A DNA stretch of 33,067 nt, taken from IMG/VR virus record IMGVR_UViG_3300016484_000738, positions 1 through 33,067 of that record; one strand, given 5' to 3'. The notes beneath the pieces were generated by a model. It was given only the letters and a program-made list of their open reading frames with translations, searched no databases and had not been told where the DNA came from. The stretch's first letter is position 1. Every line of letters begins with the position of its first letter. The DNA is from a virus. Taxonomy: Duplodnaviria > Caudoviricetes. Both the position numbers and the translations under genes were made by a program. Shown piece by piece: positions 1 through 11,783 of this stretch.

Positions 1-597
1 CCCGGCCGCGATGCGGATCCGGCCGAGGTCGCGCGCCTGGTCACGGTGGAAGTCGCCCGCCAGGTCGCCGAGATCGAGATCCCGACGCCGGCGCCGTTGA
101 CGCCCGCCGACCTGCGACCGCTCGTCGGCGAGGTCGTAAACGCCGAAGTGGCCCGCCAGGTCGAGGCGATCGAGCCGGCGCGTGACGGCCGCGGCATAGC
201 CGGCGCGCTGGTCGACGGCGACGGCGCGCTCGTGCTCACGCTCACCGACGGATCGACCCTCAAAGCGGGTCGCGTCACCGGCCGCGACGGCGCCGATCTC
301 GAGGATCTGCAGCTCACGACCGACGACGGCCGCACGTTCCGCCTCGAGGCCAAGGCCGGCGGCCGTCGCGTCTCGTGCACCTTCAAATGGCCGGGCGTCG
401 TCGATCGCGGCATCTGGCGCGAGCGCGCCTATGACGCCGGCGACGGCGTCACCTACAAGGGCAGCTATTGGCTGGCCGAGCGCGAGACCGACCGCCGGCC
501 CGGCGACGACGACTCGGGCTGGCGGCTCGCCGTCAAGCGCGGGCGCGACGGCCGCCCCGATCGCCGCACGCCGGCGCTGCAGCATGGGGCGATCTGA
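1..597 (+). CDS. Head-module protein, 5'-truncated (GRDG-repeat protein that commonly follows the major capsid gene)
   Basis: Frame open from base 1; repeated EVARQV and RDG motifs; C-terminal RGIW..YDAGDGVTYKGSYW..GWRLAVKRGRDG segment seen in phage head-region proteins; stop overlaps next ATG. Confidence 0.6.
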   Translation, partial: PGRDADPAEVARLVTVEVARQVAEIEIPTPAPLTPADLRPLVGEVVNAEVARQVEAIEPARDGRGIAGALVDGDGALVLTLTDGSTLKAGRVTGRDGADLEDLQLTTDDGRTFRLEAKAGGRRVSCTFKWPGVVDRGIWRERAYDAGDGVTYKGSYWLAERETDRRPGDDDSGWRLAVKRGRDGRPDRRTPALQHGAI

Positions 598-956
598 TGC
601 CAGCGACCCTCATCACCGTGACCGAGGCGGGCGAGCACCTGCGCCTCGATCTCAATCTCGTTGCAGCGTCGCCCGTCACCTATGACGACGAGCGATTGCC
701 GGCCCTGCTGGTCAAGATGGCCGCGGCCGAGGCGATCATCCTCGACTATCTGAAAGTCGATCCCGCCGCGATGACCTCATCGCCGCCGACCTGGCCGGCC
801 AAGCCGCGCGATCTCGAGGTCGTGCGGGCGGCGATCCTGCTCATCCTCTCGGCGCTCTGGGACGATGCGCCCGAGCGAACGGTCGCCGACTACATGAAAC
901 GCGACGGCACCGTCGCGCTGCTGCTCGCCCGTCTCAGGGATCCGGCCATCGCATGA
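597..956 (+). CDS. Head-tail connector (HK97 gp6/SPP1 gp15-like)
   Basis: TGATG coupling at 595-599; LITVTEAGEHLRLD..AAEAIILDYL..VVRAAILLILSALWD pattern; position. Confidence 0.85.
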   Translation: MPATLITVTEAGEHLRLDLNLVAASPVTYDDERLPALLVKMAAAEAIILDYLKVDPAAMTSSPPTWPAKPRDLEVVRAAILLILSALWDDAPERTVADYMKRDGTVALLLARLRDPAIA

Positions 957-1633
957 CCCCGTTCCCGACAGAGACCGTCGTGCGGCGCTGGCACGGCGAC
1001 GAGACGATCGTCGTCGCCGCGACCGGCCCCTCGCTAACGCCCGACGTGGCGCAGGCCGTCGCCGGCTATCCGGTCGTCGCCGTTTCCGACGCCTGGCGCC
1101 TCATTCCCGAGGCGGCGATCCTCTATTCGTGCGACGCCGCCTGGTGGCGCGTGCACGACGGCTGCCGCACGTTCGCCGGCGAGCGCTGGTCGTGCCACGG
1201 CGGCAACGACCGCAACGACAAGGCGCCGATCGCCCGCGACTATGGCGTGCGCCTGGTCGCCGGTGCGCTGGGCGACACGTTCTCGACCGACCCGACGCGC
1301 ATCCATTTCGGCAACAATTCCGGGTTTCAGGCGATCAACCTCGCGCTGCTGATGGGTGCGCGGCGCCTGGTGCTGGTCGGGTTCGACATGCGCGTCGTCG
1401 ACAGCAAACGCCATTTTTTCGGCGATCACCCGCGCCCGCTCAGCAACGCGATCGATTACCGCTATTTCGCGCCGCAGTTCCTCGCCGCTGCCCGCGCGCT
1501 CGCGCCCGACGTGACCATTCTCAACGCCACGCCCGACAGTGCGCTTAAAGCCTGGCCGATCGTGCCGCTCGGCGACGCGCTCGCGCCGCACCGCCATCAC
1601 GTCGCAGCCAACGCCGACCAGGTGCTCGCATGA
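953..1633 (+). CDS. Glycosyltransferase-like protein (Maf/DUF115/MptE-like, sialyltransferase-type GT-A fold)
   Basis: VVAATGPSL, VVAVSDA, NSGFQAINLALLMGARRLVLVGFDM..HF and ILNAT motifs; ATGA coupling on both sides. Confidence 0.7.
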   Translation: MTPFPTETVVRRWHGDETIVVAATGPSLTPDVAQAVAGYPVVAVSDAWRLIPEAAILYSCDAAWWRVHDGCRTFAGERWSCHGGNDRNDKAPIARDYGVRLVAGALGDTFSTDPTRIHFGNNSGFQAINLALLMGARRLVLVGFDMRVVDSKRHFFGDHPRPLSNAIDYRYFAPQFLAAARALAPDVTILNATPDSALKAWPIVPLGDALAPHRHHVAANADQVLA

Positions 1634-2421
1634 AAACGGCGCTCCTCCTCGTGCGCTCGGGCCTGGCGCATCATGTCAAATGGGCCGACGCCTTCGCCGA
1701 GGGGCTCGAGCGGCACGGGATCCGTCCCGTGATCTCGACGGCCTGGGCCCCGTCCGATCTGCTCGTCGTCTGGGGCGTGCGCGCGCAATACGAGTTCGAG
1801 CTGCAGCGCCGTTATGGGCAAATTTGCGTGCTCGAGCGCGGCTATCTCGGCGACCGCTTCGAGTGGACGAGCGTCTCGTTCGGCGGCGGCCTCAATGGCT
1901 GGGGCGAGTTCCGCGGGCCCTCCTACCGAGCCCGGTTCGAGGAGCATTTCGGGCACCTGTTCAAGCCCTGGCGCACGCACGACGCCGGCGACGTGCTGAT
2001 CTGCGGCCAGGTCGCCGGCGACGCCTCGCTCGTCGACTGCGATATCGAGAAATTCTATGTGCGCGCACGCACGGCATTCGAGGCGCAGGGGCACACCGTG
2101 CGATTCCGCGAGCACCCGGCGAGCCTGGCGTCGCGCCTGGCGCCGCGCCGCTCGCTCGCCGACGATCTCGCGACGGCGCGCTGTGTCGTGACCTGGAACA
2201 GCAACAGCGCCGTCGAGGCGGTGCTCGCCGGCGTGCCGGCCGTCGTGATGAACCGCGGCGGCATGGCCTGGCCGGTCGCCGGGCACGAGCTCGCGCTGCC
2301 CCCGAAACCGGATCGCACGGCCTGGGCGCATCGCCTCGCCTGGTGCCAGTGGCGCGAGTTCGAAATGCGTTCCGGCGCCTGCTGGGACTCGGTCGGGCGC
2401 CATATGGAGGCCGTCGCGTGA
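1630..2421 (+). CDS. Glycosyltransferase-like protein (KpsS/KpsC capsule-synthesis-like GT-B)
   Basis: VLERGYL, GQVAGDASL, FREHP, VVTWNSNSAVEAVLAGVP match the E.G(Y/F), Q...D, HP and NS....EA...G.P motifs of the KpsS/KpsC family. Confidence 0.7.
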   Translation: MKTALLLVRSGLAHHVKWADAFAEGLERHGIRPVISTAWAPSDLLVVWGVRAQYEFELQRRYGQICVLERGYLGDRFEWTSVSFGGGLNGWGEFRGPSYRARFEEHFGHLFKPWRTHDAGDVLICGQVAGDASLVDCDIEKFYVRARTAFEAQGHTVRFREHPASLASRLAPRRSLADDLATARCVVTWNSNSAVEAVLAGVPAVVMNRGGMAWPVAGHELALPPKPDRTAWAHRLAWCQWREFEMRSGACWDSVGRHMEAVA

Positions 2422-2831
2422 TCGGCGCCCGTCTCGATCGCCGGATCTCGATCCTGCGCAAGTCGATCACGCTCCTCGCCTCGGGCGAGCCGGTCGAGGC
2501 CTGGTCGCCGATCGCGATCTCGATCGCCGCCTCGATCGCGCCCATGAGTGGCGAGGAGCGTTTCGCCGGCGACCAGTTCGTCGCGCGCGAACAGGTCGAG
2601 ATCCGCGTGCGCTGGCGTGCGGCGCTCGTCGATCTCTCCCCGCTCGATCGCATCGTCGAGCCGGCACTCTCGCTCGTCGAGCTCGCGGGATCGCCGCCCG
2701 ACACCGTGCTCGAGGGCGAGATCAGCGATCGCCGGCAACTCGAGATCATGGCTGCGCACGAGCTCGGCCGCCGCGAGGGCTGGCGGATCCTCGCCGCCCG
2801 CCGCGTCGATCAACTGACGATCAGCACATGA
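2418..2831 (+). CDS. Head closure/head-tail adaptor (SPP1 gp16-like)
   Basis: GTG at 2418 overlapping previous stop, GGAGG upstream; LDRRISI..GE...W..ASIAPMSGEERF..IRVRWR motif. Confidence 0.85.
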   Translation: MIGARLDRRISILRKSITLLASGEPVEAWSPIAISIAASIAPMSGEERFAGDQFVAREQVEIRVRWRAALVDLSPLDRIVEPALSLVELAGSPPDTVLEGEISDRRQLEIMAAHELGRREGWRILAARRVDQLTIST

Positions 2832-3247
2832 CAGCCGTCAAAGACATTCGCCCGGGCCTGCGCGCGTACCTCCTCGCCGACGGCGCAATCGCCGCACTGA
2901 TCGGGCCGCGCATGTTCCCCTCGATCCTGCCGCAGGGGATCAATGCGCCGTCGCTCGTCTATCAACGCATATCGGGTTTCGGCGATCATCACATGCAAGG
3001 GCCCTCGGGCTATGCCGTCGCGCGCGTGCAGGTGCGCGCCTGGTCGTTGAACCTCGAAACGAGCGAGGGCCTGGCAAACCTGGTCAAGGGGCGCCTCGAC
3101 GGGTTTCGCGGCACGTTCGGTTCGGGCCCGACGGCAGTGCGCGTGCTCGGCATTTTTTACGAGCAGGAGAATCCGCCCGACTTCGACACGGGCCGCAGTC
3201 TGCACGGCATCGGCCGCGATTACATGATCCATTATCAGGAGCGCTGA
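2828..3247 (+). CDS. Tail terminator/completion protein (DUF3168-like)
   Basis: LLADGAIAALIGPRMFP..LPQ..PSLVYQRIS..RVQVRAW pattern; position. Confidence 0.8.
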   Translation: MTAVKDIRPGLRAYLLADGAIAALIGPRMFPSILPQGINAPSLVYQRISGFGDHHMQGPSGYAVARVQVRAWSLNLETSEGLANLVKGRLDGFRGTFGSGPTAVRVLGIFYEQENPPDFDTGRSLHGIGRDYMIHYQER

Positions 3248-3251
3248 CACG

Positions 3252-3782
3252 ATGGGCGTCACGCGCACGACGGTCAAGGTCGAGGGGCTCAAAGAGCTGC
3301 AGGCCGCGCTCGAGGATCTGCCGAAAGCGACCAGCCGCAACGTTCTGCGCCGCGCGCTGCTCGCCGGCGCCGCGCCGATCGAGGCCACGGCCGAGCAACT
3401 GGCGCCGGTCAAGACGGGCGCACTGCGCACGTCGCACACGGCGGGCACCAAGCTCTCGCGGCGGCAGAAGGCGGTGCACCGGCAATGGGCGGGACAGCAA
3501 CCGGCCGAGCGCACGGCGCAAGGCTTCCGCTCGAAACCGTCCGACGCGGTCTATGTGTTCGTCGGCCCAGGCGGCATGCCGCAGGCGATCACCCAGGAAT
3601 TCGGCACCGTCGACCATGCCGCGCACCCGTTCATGCGCCCGGCCTGGGATCAGAATCAGCACCGCGCGCTGCAGATCGTCGTCGAGCGCATCGCGGTCGA
3701 GATCCAGACCGCGGTCGCGCGCATCGCCCGCAAGGCCGAGCGCGAGGCCGCGAAGATCAAAGCGACGACGACCAAGCCGTGA
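3252..3782 (+). CDS. HK97 gp10-family tail morphogenesis protein
   Basis: VEGLKEL..L, APVKTGALR, QEFGT...AAHPFMRPAWD motifs. Confidence 0.9.
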   Translation: MGVTRTTVKVEGLKELQAALEDLPKATSRNVLRRALLAGAAPIEATAEQLAPVKTGALRTSHTAGTKLSRRQKAVHRQWAGQQPAERTAQGFRSKPSDAVYVFVGPGGMPQAITQEFGTVDHAAHPFMRPAWDQNQHRALQIVVERIAVEIQTAVARIARKAEREAAKIKATTTKP

Positions 3783-3838
3783 TCGGCCGGGCGTCACCCT
3801 TCACTGCAAACCCGCTTCACCCCGAGGAGACCTAACCC

Positions 3839-4279
3839 ATGACGACGAATGCCCTGATCGGTCACGGCGCCACGTTCCAATTGCTCGACGAGACGCTCTC
3901 GCCGCCGGCCTATGTGACCGTCGCCGAGGTCACCAACATTTCGTCGCCGTTCGCGATCTCGCGCGACTCGGTCGAGGTCACGCATACCGAGAGCACCGAT
4001 GGGATTCGCGAGTTCATTCCCGGCCTGGTCGATTACGGCGACGCCTCGATCGAGCTCAATTGGGTGCCGAAGTCGACGACCGACAAGCGCATTCGCGACC
4101 TCTTCCGCACCAAGGCGCTCTCGTCGGCGAAGATCGTGTTTCCGACCTCGCCGGCCTCGACCCTGACGTTCGATTGCTTCGCCACGGCCTACAGCCCGGG
4201 CGCGCCGCTCGACGACAAGCTGACGGCGTCGGCGACGTTCAAGATCTCGGGCCGCCCGGTCTTCACCGGCGAAGTCTAA
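3839..4279 (+). CDS. Major tail tube protein
   Basis: GAGGAG RBS; VAEVTNIS..SRDSVEVTHTES..REFIPGLVDYG..TFKISGRP pattern. Confidence 0.9.
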   Translation: MTTNALIGHGATFQLLDETLSPPAYVTVAEVTNISSPFAISRDSVEVTHTESTDGIREFIPGLVDYGDASIELNWVPKSTTDKRIRDLFRTKALSSAKIVFPTSPASTLTFDCFATAYSPGAPLDDKLTASATFKISGRPVFTGEV

Positions 4280-4349
4280 TCCGCAGGCCGCGCTGGGAAA
4301 CCGGCGCGCCCGCTCACCATCACCAAAGCAACCCGCGGGGGCACTATCC

Positions 4350-4736
4350 ATGAGCAATACCCAGACCGGCAAGATCGACGTCGTCGCCGACGGCAAAACC
4401 TGGTCGCTGCAATTCTCGATCAACGGGCTCTGCGTCCTCGAGGCGGATCTCGGCGCGTCGGATCTGACCGACATCATGGGACGCATGGGCGCGACGCCCT
4501 CGCTCACCATGCTGCGCACCATGTTCTGGGCGGGTCTCGCCGAGCATCACCAGGGCATCACGAAAGAAGAGGCCGGCCGCATCATGCAGGCCGTCGGCCT
4601 GCAGCGCGCGACCGAGGTCGTAAGCCTGGCGCTCATGTCGGCGCTCGGCGTCGCGAACGGAGCGGCCGGCCCTTTAGCGGTGCCGGCGACCGCGGGCGGC
4701 GCGACCTCGACACCGCTCACCGCCGCGATTGGCTGA
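4350..4736 (+). CDS. Tail assembly chaperone, short form (GTA gp10-like)
   Basis: Between tail tube and tape measure; LQFSINGLCVLE..LR..FWAGL motif. Confidence 0.85.
   Translation: MSNTQTGKIDVVADGKTWSLQFSINGLCVLEADLGASDLTDIMGRMGATPSLTMLRTMFWAGLAEHHQGITKEEAGRIMQAVGLQRATEVVSLALMSALGVANGAAGPLAVPATAGGATSTPLTAAIG
4670..4676 (+). other. -1 programmed ribosomal frameshift site C CCT TTA
   Basis: X XXY YYZ heptamer in frame (codons CCT 4671, TTA 4674); the -1 frame is open to 5014. Confidence 0.85.
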
Positions 4737-5014
4737 CGCTGCTCGAGCAGTGGGTCGAGCTCGGGCTCGATCCCGAGCAGTTCTGGCGCCTGACGCCGCG
4801 CGTCATGCTGGTGATCGCCGCCGGCGCCCGCCGGCGCCAGGCCGCCGAGCACAACCGCGACGCTTGGCTCGCCTGGAATATCGTCGCGCTCGATCGCGCG
4901 CGACGGCTTCCGCCGCTCAAGAGCCTGCAGATCGACCCGGATCGGCCGGCCGTGAAGCGCGCGCAGACCTGGCGCGAACAGCTCGCGATTGCGCGCCAGC
5001 TCGCCCTGCACTGA
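4670..5014 (+). CDS. Tail assembly chaperone, frameshifted C-terminal extension (long form 4350-5014)
   Basis: -1 frame reads ..DWLTLLEQWVELGLDPEQFWRLTPR..AWLAW, the typical GLxPxxFWxLTP chaperone motif. Confidence 0.85.
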   Translation, partial: PFSGAGDRGRRDLDTAHRRDWLTLLEQWVELGLDPEQFWRLTPRVMLVIAAGARRRQAAEHNRDAWLAWNIVALDRARRLPPLKSLQIDPDRPAVKRAQTWREQLAIARQLALH

Positions 5015-5035
5015 GATCATAGGATCGCCGCACGC

Positions 5036-6883
5036 ATGTCGACCCCATCAGTCATCGGCGCACTGCGCGTCGTGCTCGGCGCCGATACCGCCCAGCTCGA
5101 CACGGCATTCAAGGACAGCGTCAAGAAGGCCGCGCAGTTCGGCGTCGACATGGGCAAGGCCGCGGCGACGGCGGTCGCGGCGTTCGCCGCCGTCGGCGCG
5201 GCGGTCGCCCATGCCGTCACCAATGCGCTCGGCGAGATCACGCAAATGTCGCGGCTCTCGCAGTCGATCGGCGTTCCGATCGAGCAGCTGCAGATGCTGA
5301 AACATGCCGCCGAGCAATCGGGCGTTTCGCTGCAGACGCTCGGCCAGGGCTTCAAGGATCTGGCGCAGAAAATGAACGAGGCCGCCGGCGACAAGGCCTC
5401 GGGCCCGGCGCGCGCGTTCACGGCGCTGGGCGTCTCGATCACCGATGCCTCGGGCCGCCTCAAGAGTTCCGAGCAGGTCATGCTCGACGTCGCGCAGAAG
5501 TTTTCCGGCCTGCAGGACGGCGCCAACAAAACCGCACTCGCCGTGCATATGTTCGGCGAATCCGGCGCGCAACTGATCCCGTTCTTGAACCAAGGCCGCG
5601 ACGGGATCAGCCAGCTCGGCGACCAGGCCCGGCAGTTCGGCCTGGTGCTCGACGGACAGACCATCGCCGCGGCTGATCGGTTCAACGTCAACCTGCAGCA
5701 GATTTGGAAAACGAAAGACGCACTCGCGACGATGCTCGCGGCGAAGCTGGCGCCGGCGCTCGAGCGCCTATCCGAGCGGTTCCTCGCCTATGTGACCGAC
5801 GCCAAGAAAAGCGATGAGATGACGTCGCTGCTCGTCGGCTCGTTCAAGGTGCTGGTGACGACCCTCGAGATCGTCGGCGCTGGGATCGCGATCGTTCGCA
5901 CCGTGTTGAGCAACTTATGGGCGAGCCTCACGAACGATCGGTCGATCGAGGACGTCGCCGCCCGCATGCAAAAGATCTTCGCCGAGATCAAGGGCACCGT
6001 CGGCGGCACCGCGCAAGAGATAATCCAGACCTGGAACGGCTGGGCGCCGACGGTCACGAAAGCGGCCGACACGACCGTCAAGGCGCTGGCGCCGGCGATC
6101 GAGTCCTCGGCGCAGATGGCCGAGCGTCTGGCGCGCGCGCGCGCCGAGCTGCAGGCCCTCGTGCAGGCGCCGACCGACAATTTCGCCGAGAAGATGGTCG
6201 CGATCCAGAACGCAGTGAATGCAGGCCTTATCCCCGTGTCGCAGTCGATCCAGATGACGACGCAGGTCTATGGCCAGATGCGCACCGAAGCGCGCGCCAC
6301 GCTCGACGAGCTCGTCAATGCGCCGCTCGAAACCTACACGACGAAAATGCAGGCCGTGCAGGGCGCGCTGCAGGACGGCACGATATCCATGCGCGAGTAC
6401 GGCAAGACGACGAAGGCGATCAACGAGGAGAACGTCGGGCACATGCAGGCCCTCGCCTCGGCCGTGTCGTCGTCGCTGACGGCGATCTTCGGCAAGTCGA
6501 AAACCGCGGCGATCGCCTCGGCCGTGATCAACACCGCCCAGGCCGTGACGAAAAACCTCTCGCAGTATCCCCAGCCCTATGGTGGCATCATGGCCGCGCT
6601 CGCCGCCGCGACCGGCGCCGCCCAGATCGCCCAAATCAAGTCGACCAATCTCTCGAGCGGCGGCAGCGCCGCACCCGCGCCGGCGCCGAGCGCACCGGCA
6701 CCGGCCGCGGCTGCAGAGCCCGCCGCGAGCAGCCTCGCCGGGCCTGCAGGCCTCAATCAGACGCTGACCGTAAGCGGCCTCGACGCCGGGCAGTTTTTCG
6801 GCGGCGAGGCCGTGCGCCGCCTCGCCGAGAAGCTCCTCGACTATCAACGCAACGGCGGCACCGTCGTGCTGGGATCTCGCTGA
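5036..6883 (+). CDS. Tape measure protein (615 aa)
   Basis: IGALRVVLGADTAQ N-terminus; long Ala-rich helical sequence; follows chaperone. Confidence 0.92.
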   Translation: MSTPSVIGALRVVLGADTAQLDTAFKDSVKKAAQFGVDMGKAAATAVAAFAAVGAAVAHAVTNALGEITQMSRLSQSIGVPIEQLQMLKHAAEQSGVSLQTLGQGFKDLAQKMNEAAGDKASGPARAFTALGVSITDASGRLKSSEQVMLDVAQKFSGLQDGANKTALAVHMFGESGAQLIPFLNQGRDGISQLGDQARQFGLVLDGQTIAAADRFNVNLQQIWKTKDALATMLAAKLAPALERLSERFLAYVTDAKKSDEMTSLLVGSFKVLVTTLEIVGAGIAIVRTVLSNLWASLTNDRSIEDVAARMQKIFAEIKGTVGGTAQEIIQTWNGWAPTVTKAADTTVKALAPAIESSAQMAERLARARAELQALVQAPTDNFAEKMVAIQNAVNAGLIPVSQSIQMTTQVYGQMRTEARATLDELVNAPLETYTTKMQAVQGALQDGTISMREYGKTTKAINEENVGHMQALASAVSSSLTAIFGKSKTAAIASAVINTAQAVTKNLSQYPQPYGGIMAALAAATGAAQIAQIKSTNLSSGGSAAPAPAPSAPAPAAAAEPAASSLAGPAGLNQTLTVSGLDAGQFFGGEAVRRLAEKLLDYQRNGGTVVLGSR

Positions 6884-7712
6884 TGATCGTCCTCTCGCAG
6901 GCCCTGGTGCTGGCGCCCGCCGGCGCCCAGCTCAACACACCCGTTTTCGGCTGGGACTCGCTCGTCACGTCGTCGAGCGTCTCGGCCTCGAGCGCGGCAT
7001 CTGGCTATCCCGCGAGCGATCTCGCCAATCCGTCGACCGTGCTGTTCTGGCGCGCGGCCGAGACCTCGCCGCCGGCCGACGTCTATCTGACCGTCGACGT
7101 CGGCCAGGTCGACCCGATCGATTATGTCGCCGTCGCCGCGCACAATTTCGGCTCGGCCGGAATCGCCGTCTCGGTCGAGATCGCGACCGGGCTCGCGGGC
7201 TCGCCGCCGGCGCTCGTTTGGACGGAGGTCGTCACGCCGCGCCTCGTGGTGCGCGACGATCCGCTGATCTTCCGGTTCGCGCCGACCTCGGTCGTCGGCG
7301 TGCGCCTGCGCCTGCAGCCCGGCACGGCACCGGCGCAAGCCGCGGTGCTCTATGCCGGGCGCCTGCTCGTGATGCCGCGCGGCACGTCCGACTCGCATGT
7401 GCCGATAAACTTCGCCCGCGTGACGAAGCGCCTGCGCCAGACCAGCGCCAACGGACATTTTCTCGGCGAGATCCTGCTCGCCGAAGCCCGGCAGAGCGGG
7501 ATCGGGTTCAAATATCTCGAGCAGGCGTGGTTCCGCGAGACCATGCGGCCCTTCCTCGACGCCGCTCGCGTCGTTCCGTTCTTCTTCGCGTGGAAGCCGC
7601 AGCAATGGCCCGACGACGTCGGTTTCTGCACGCTCTCGAATGACCCGCAGCCGACGGTCGATTTCTCGACGCAGCGCATTGCGATCGACCTGCAGCTCGA
7701 GGGCGTGGCGCT

Positions 7713-7716
<4 letters not shown>
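6883..7716 (+). CDS. Tail protein (distal-tail position)
   Basis: TGATG coupling at 6881-6885; MIVLSQAL..PFFFAWKP; directly after tape measure. Confidence 0.75.
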
Positions 7717-9989
<2,273 letters not shown>

Positions 9990-10012
9990 CACCCGAGAAA
10001 CGGAATCGAGAT

Positions 10013-11263
10013 ATGGCATTCGCACGCTGCGAATTCGTGGTTCAGGACGCGGCCGGCAACATCGTGCCGGGCGCCGAGATCACCGTGCGCCGCGAGGTCG
10101 CCGGCGCGCCGCTCGCGACGCTGTACTCGGATCGAGACGGCGCGACGCCGCTCGCCAATCCGCACACCATCGGCAGCAACGGCAAGGTCGCGTTCCATGC
10201 CGCCGGCGGCGCCTATCGCATCACCGCGACGTCGGGCGCGTTCTCGGCAGAGTGGCGATACATGGCAATCGGCACCGCGGCCGAGCACGACATTCTCTCG
10301 ACGACGATCGCGCATCTCGGCATTGTCGGCCTGCATTTCGCGTTCGACACGGCGACCGCCGACGCAAATCCGGGCACCGGCAACCTGCGTGCCAATTCCG
10401 CCGATCTGACCGCCGCGACCTGGCTCTACATTTCGGAGACCGATGCCAGCGGCAACGCGATTGCGGCGCTGCTCGGCGCCTGGGACGACTCGACCTCCTC
10501 GATCAAGGGGCAGATCGGGATCAAGGCGTCGCAGGATCCGAGCCGCGTCGTCGTGTTCAACGTGACGGGCGCGGTCGTCGACGGCGGTGATTATCGCAAG
10601 GTGCCGATCGCGTTCGTCGGCCCGACGCTCGTCGACACGTCGCCCTATGCTGCCGCCGACGCGCTCGACGTTTCGTTTCAGCGCACCGGCGACAAAGGCG
10701 ACACGGGCGCCACGGGTGCGACGGGCGCCACGGGTGCGCAAGGGCCCGCCGGCGCAGCAGGCGCCACGGGTGCGCAAGGGCCGGCAGGCGCGGCTGGCGC
10801 TACGGGCGCGACTGGCGCCACGGGTCCAGCCGGTGCAGGCGTGGCACCTGCATCGGCGCGCGTGACGAAGTCGGCGGCCCAGAGCATCGCCAACGCGACC
10901 GTAACGACGGTGACCTGGGACGCGGAAACCTGGGATGCAACGGGCATGCACGACAACGCGACCAACAACTCGCGGCTGACCGCGCAGGTCGCCGGCAAGT
11001 TCCTGGTTTCCGTCGGCATCATCTTTGCGAGCAACAACACCGGGATTCGGCAGCTCATCTTTCGAAAGAACGGCACTCAGTTCGCGGCGCAGATCTTCCC
11101 GAACAACAACGCCGGCGAGGATCAATGTTTCCTGACGACGGCGATCGACTTGGCCGTGAACGATTATGTCGACGTGCAGGTCTATCAGGCGAGCGGCGGC
11201 GCGCTCAACATCAACGGCGGCGCGCTGGGTTGCTCGGCCGCCATGATTCGGGTCGACGCCTGA
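10013..11263 (+). CDS. Tail fibre/receptor-binding protein with collagen-like stalk and C1q/TNF-like head
   Basis: ATG 10013; Gly-X-Y run at about 10688-10840; C-terminal beta-rich domain (QSI..VTWD..RLTA..GKFLV..RKNG..L..NDYVDVQVYQ). Confidence 0.8.
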   Translation: MAFARCEFVVQDAAGNIVPGAEITVRREVAGAPLATLYSDRDGATPLANPHTIGSNGKVAFHAAGGAYRITATSGAFSAEWRYMAIGTAAEHDILSTTIAHLGIVGLHFAFDTATADANPGTGNLRANSADLTAATWLYISETDASGNAIAALLGAWDDSTSSIKGQIGIKASQDPSRVVVFNVTGAVVDGGDYRKVPIAFVGPTLVDTSPYAAADALDVSFQRTGDKGDTGATGATGATGAQGPAGAAGATGAQGPAGAAGATGATGATGPAGAGVAPASARVTKSAAQSIANATVTTVTWDAETWDATGMHDNATNNSRLTAQVAGKFLVSVGIIFASNNTGIRQLIFRKNGTQFAAQIFPNNNAGEDQCFLTTAIDLAVNDYVDVQVYQASGGALNINGGALGCSAAMIRVDA

Positions 11264-11288
11264 TCGCACAGAGAACGCAGGAGGCATC

Positions 11289-11783
11289 ATGACATTGCAA
11301 CGCATCGACGCAATCCAGACCGACGACCACGGCCGACCCCTGCGCCGCGTGACGCGCTACGTCGAGCGCGGCGCAGGTGGCGCGCGGGTCGGCGTCGCTG
11401 TGCCCGCCCAGGTCGAGCCTGGGCCTGCCGGCCTCGCGTCCGACCCGGGCCCGAGTGGCCTCGATCAGGCAGGCGGCGAGATCGATCTCGACCAGACCGA
11501 GACCGTGCGCGGATTGCGGCGCGAAATCGCCGAGCTCGCCGCCGCGAAACTGCAGATCGATGCGGCGATCGCGCGGCTCGGCGAGCGCCTCGAGGCCATT
11601 GCCCGGCGGCCGATGCCGACGCCGGCGCCGCCGATCGAGCGCGCGCCGGTCGATCTCACACCGCTGCAGTCGGCGCAAGCGCTGCTCGATCGGCGCGTCG
11701 ATGCGATCGAGCAGGCGCTCGGCGCGCTGGGCGCGATGGGCGCTGCAGCCGCGGCAGCCGATGCGGCCAAGCAAGGCAGGTGA
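11289..11783 (+). CDS. Hypothetical coiled-coil protein
   Basis: GGAGG RBS; coupled to endolysin start; no family recognised. Confidence 0.65.
   Translation: MTLQRIDAIQTDDHGRPLRRVTRYVERGAGGARVGVAVPAQVEPGPAGLASDPGPSGLDQAGGEIDLDQTETVRGLRREIAELAAAKLQIDAAIARLGERLEAIARRPMPTPAPPIERAPVDLTPLQSAQALLDRRVDAIEQALGALGAMGAAAAAADAAKQGR

Noticed and set aside
10013-11263. Invertible tail-fibre (Gin/Cin-type) system driven by the serine recombinase
   Set aside because: No inverted repeats or reverse-oriented alternative fibre ends seen near the fibre gene
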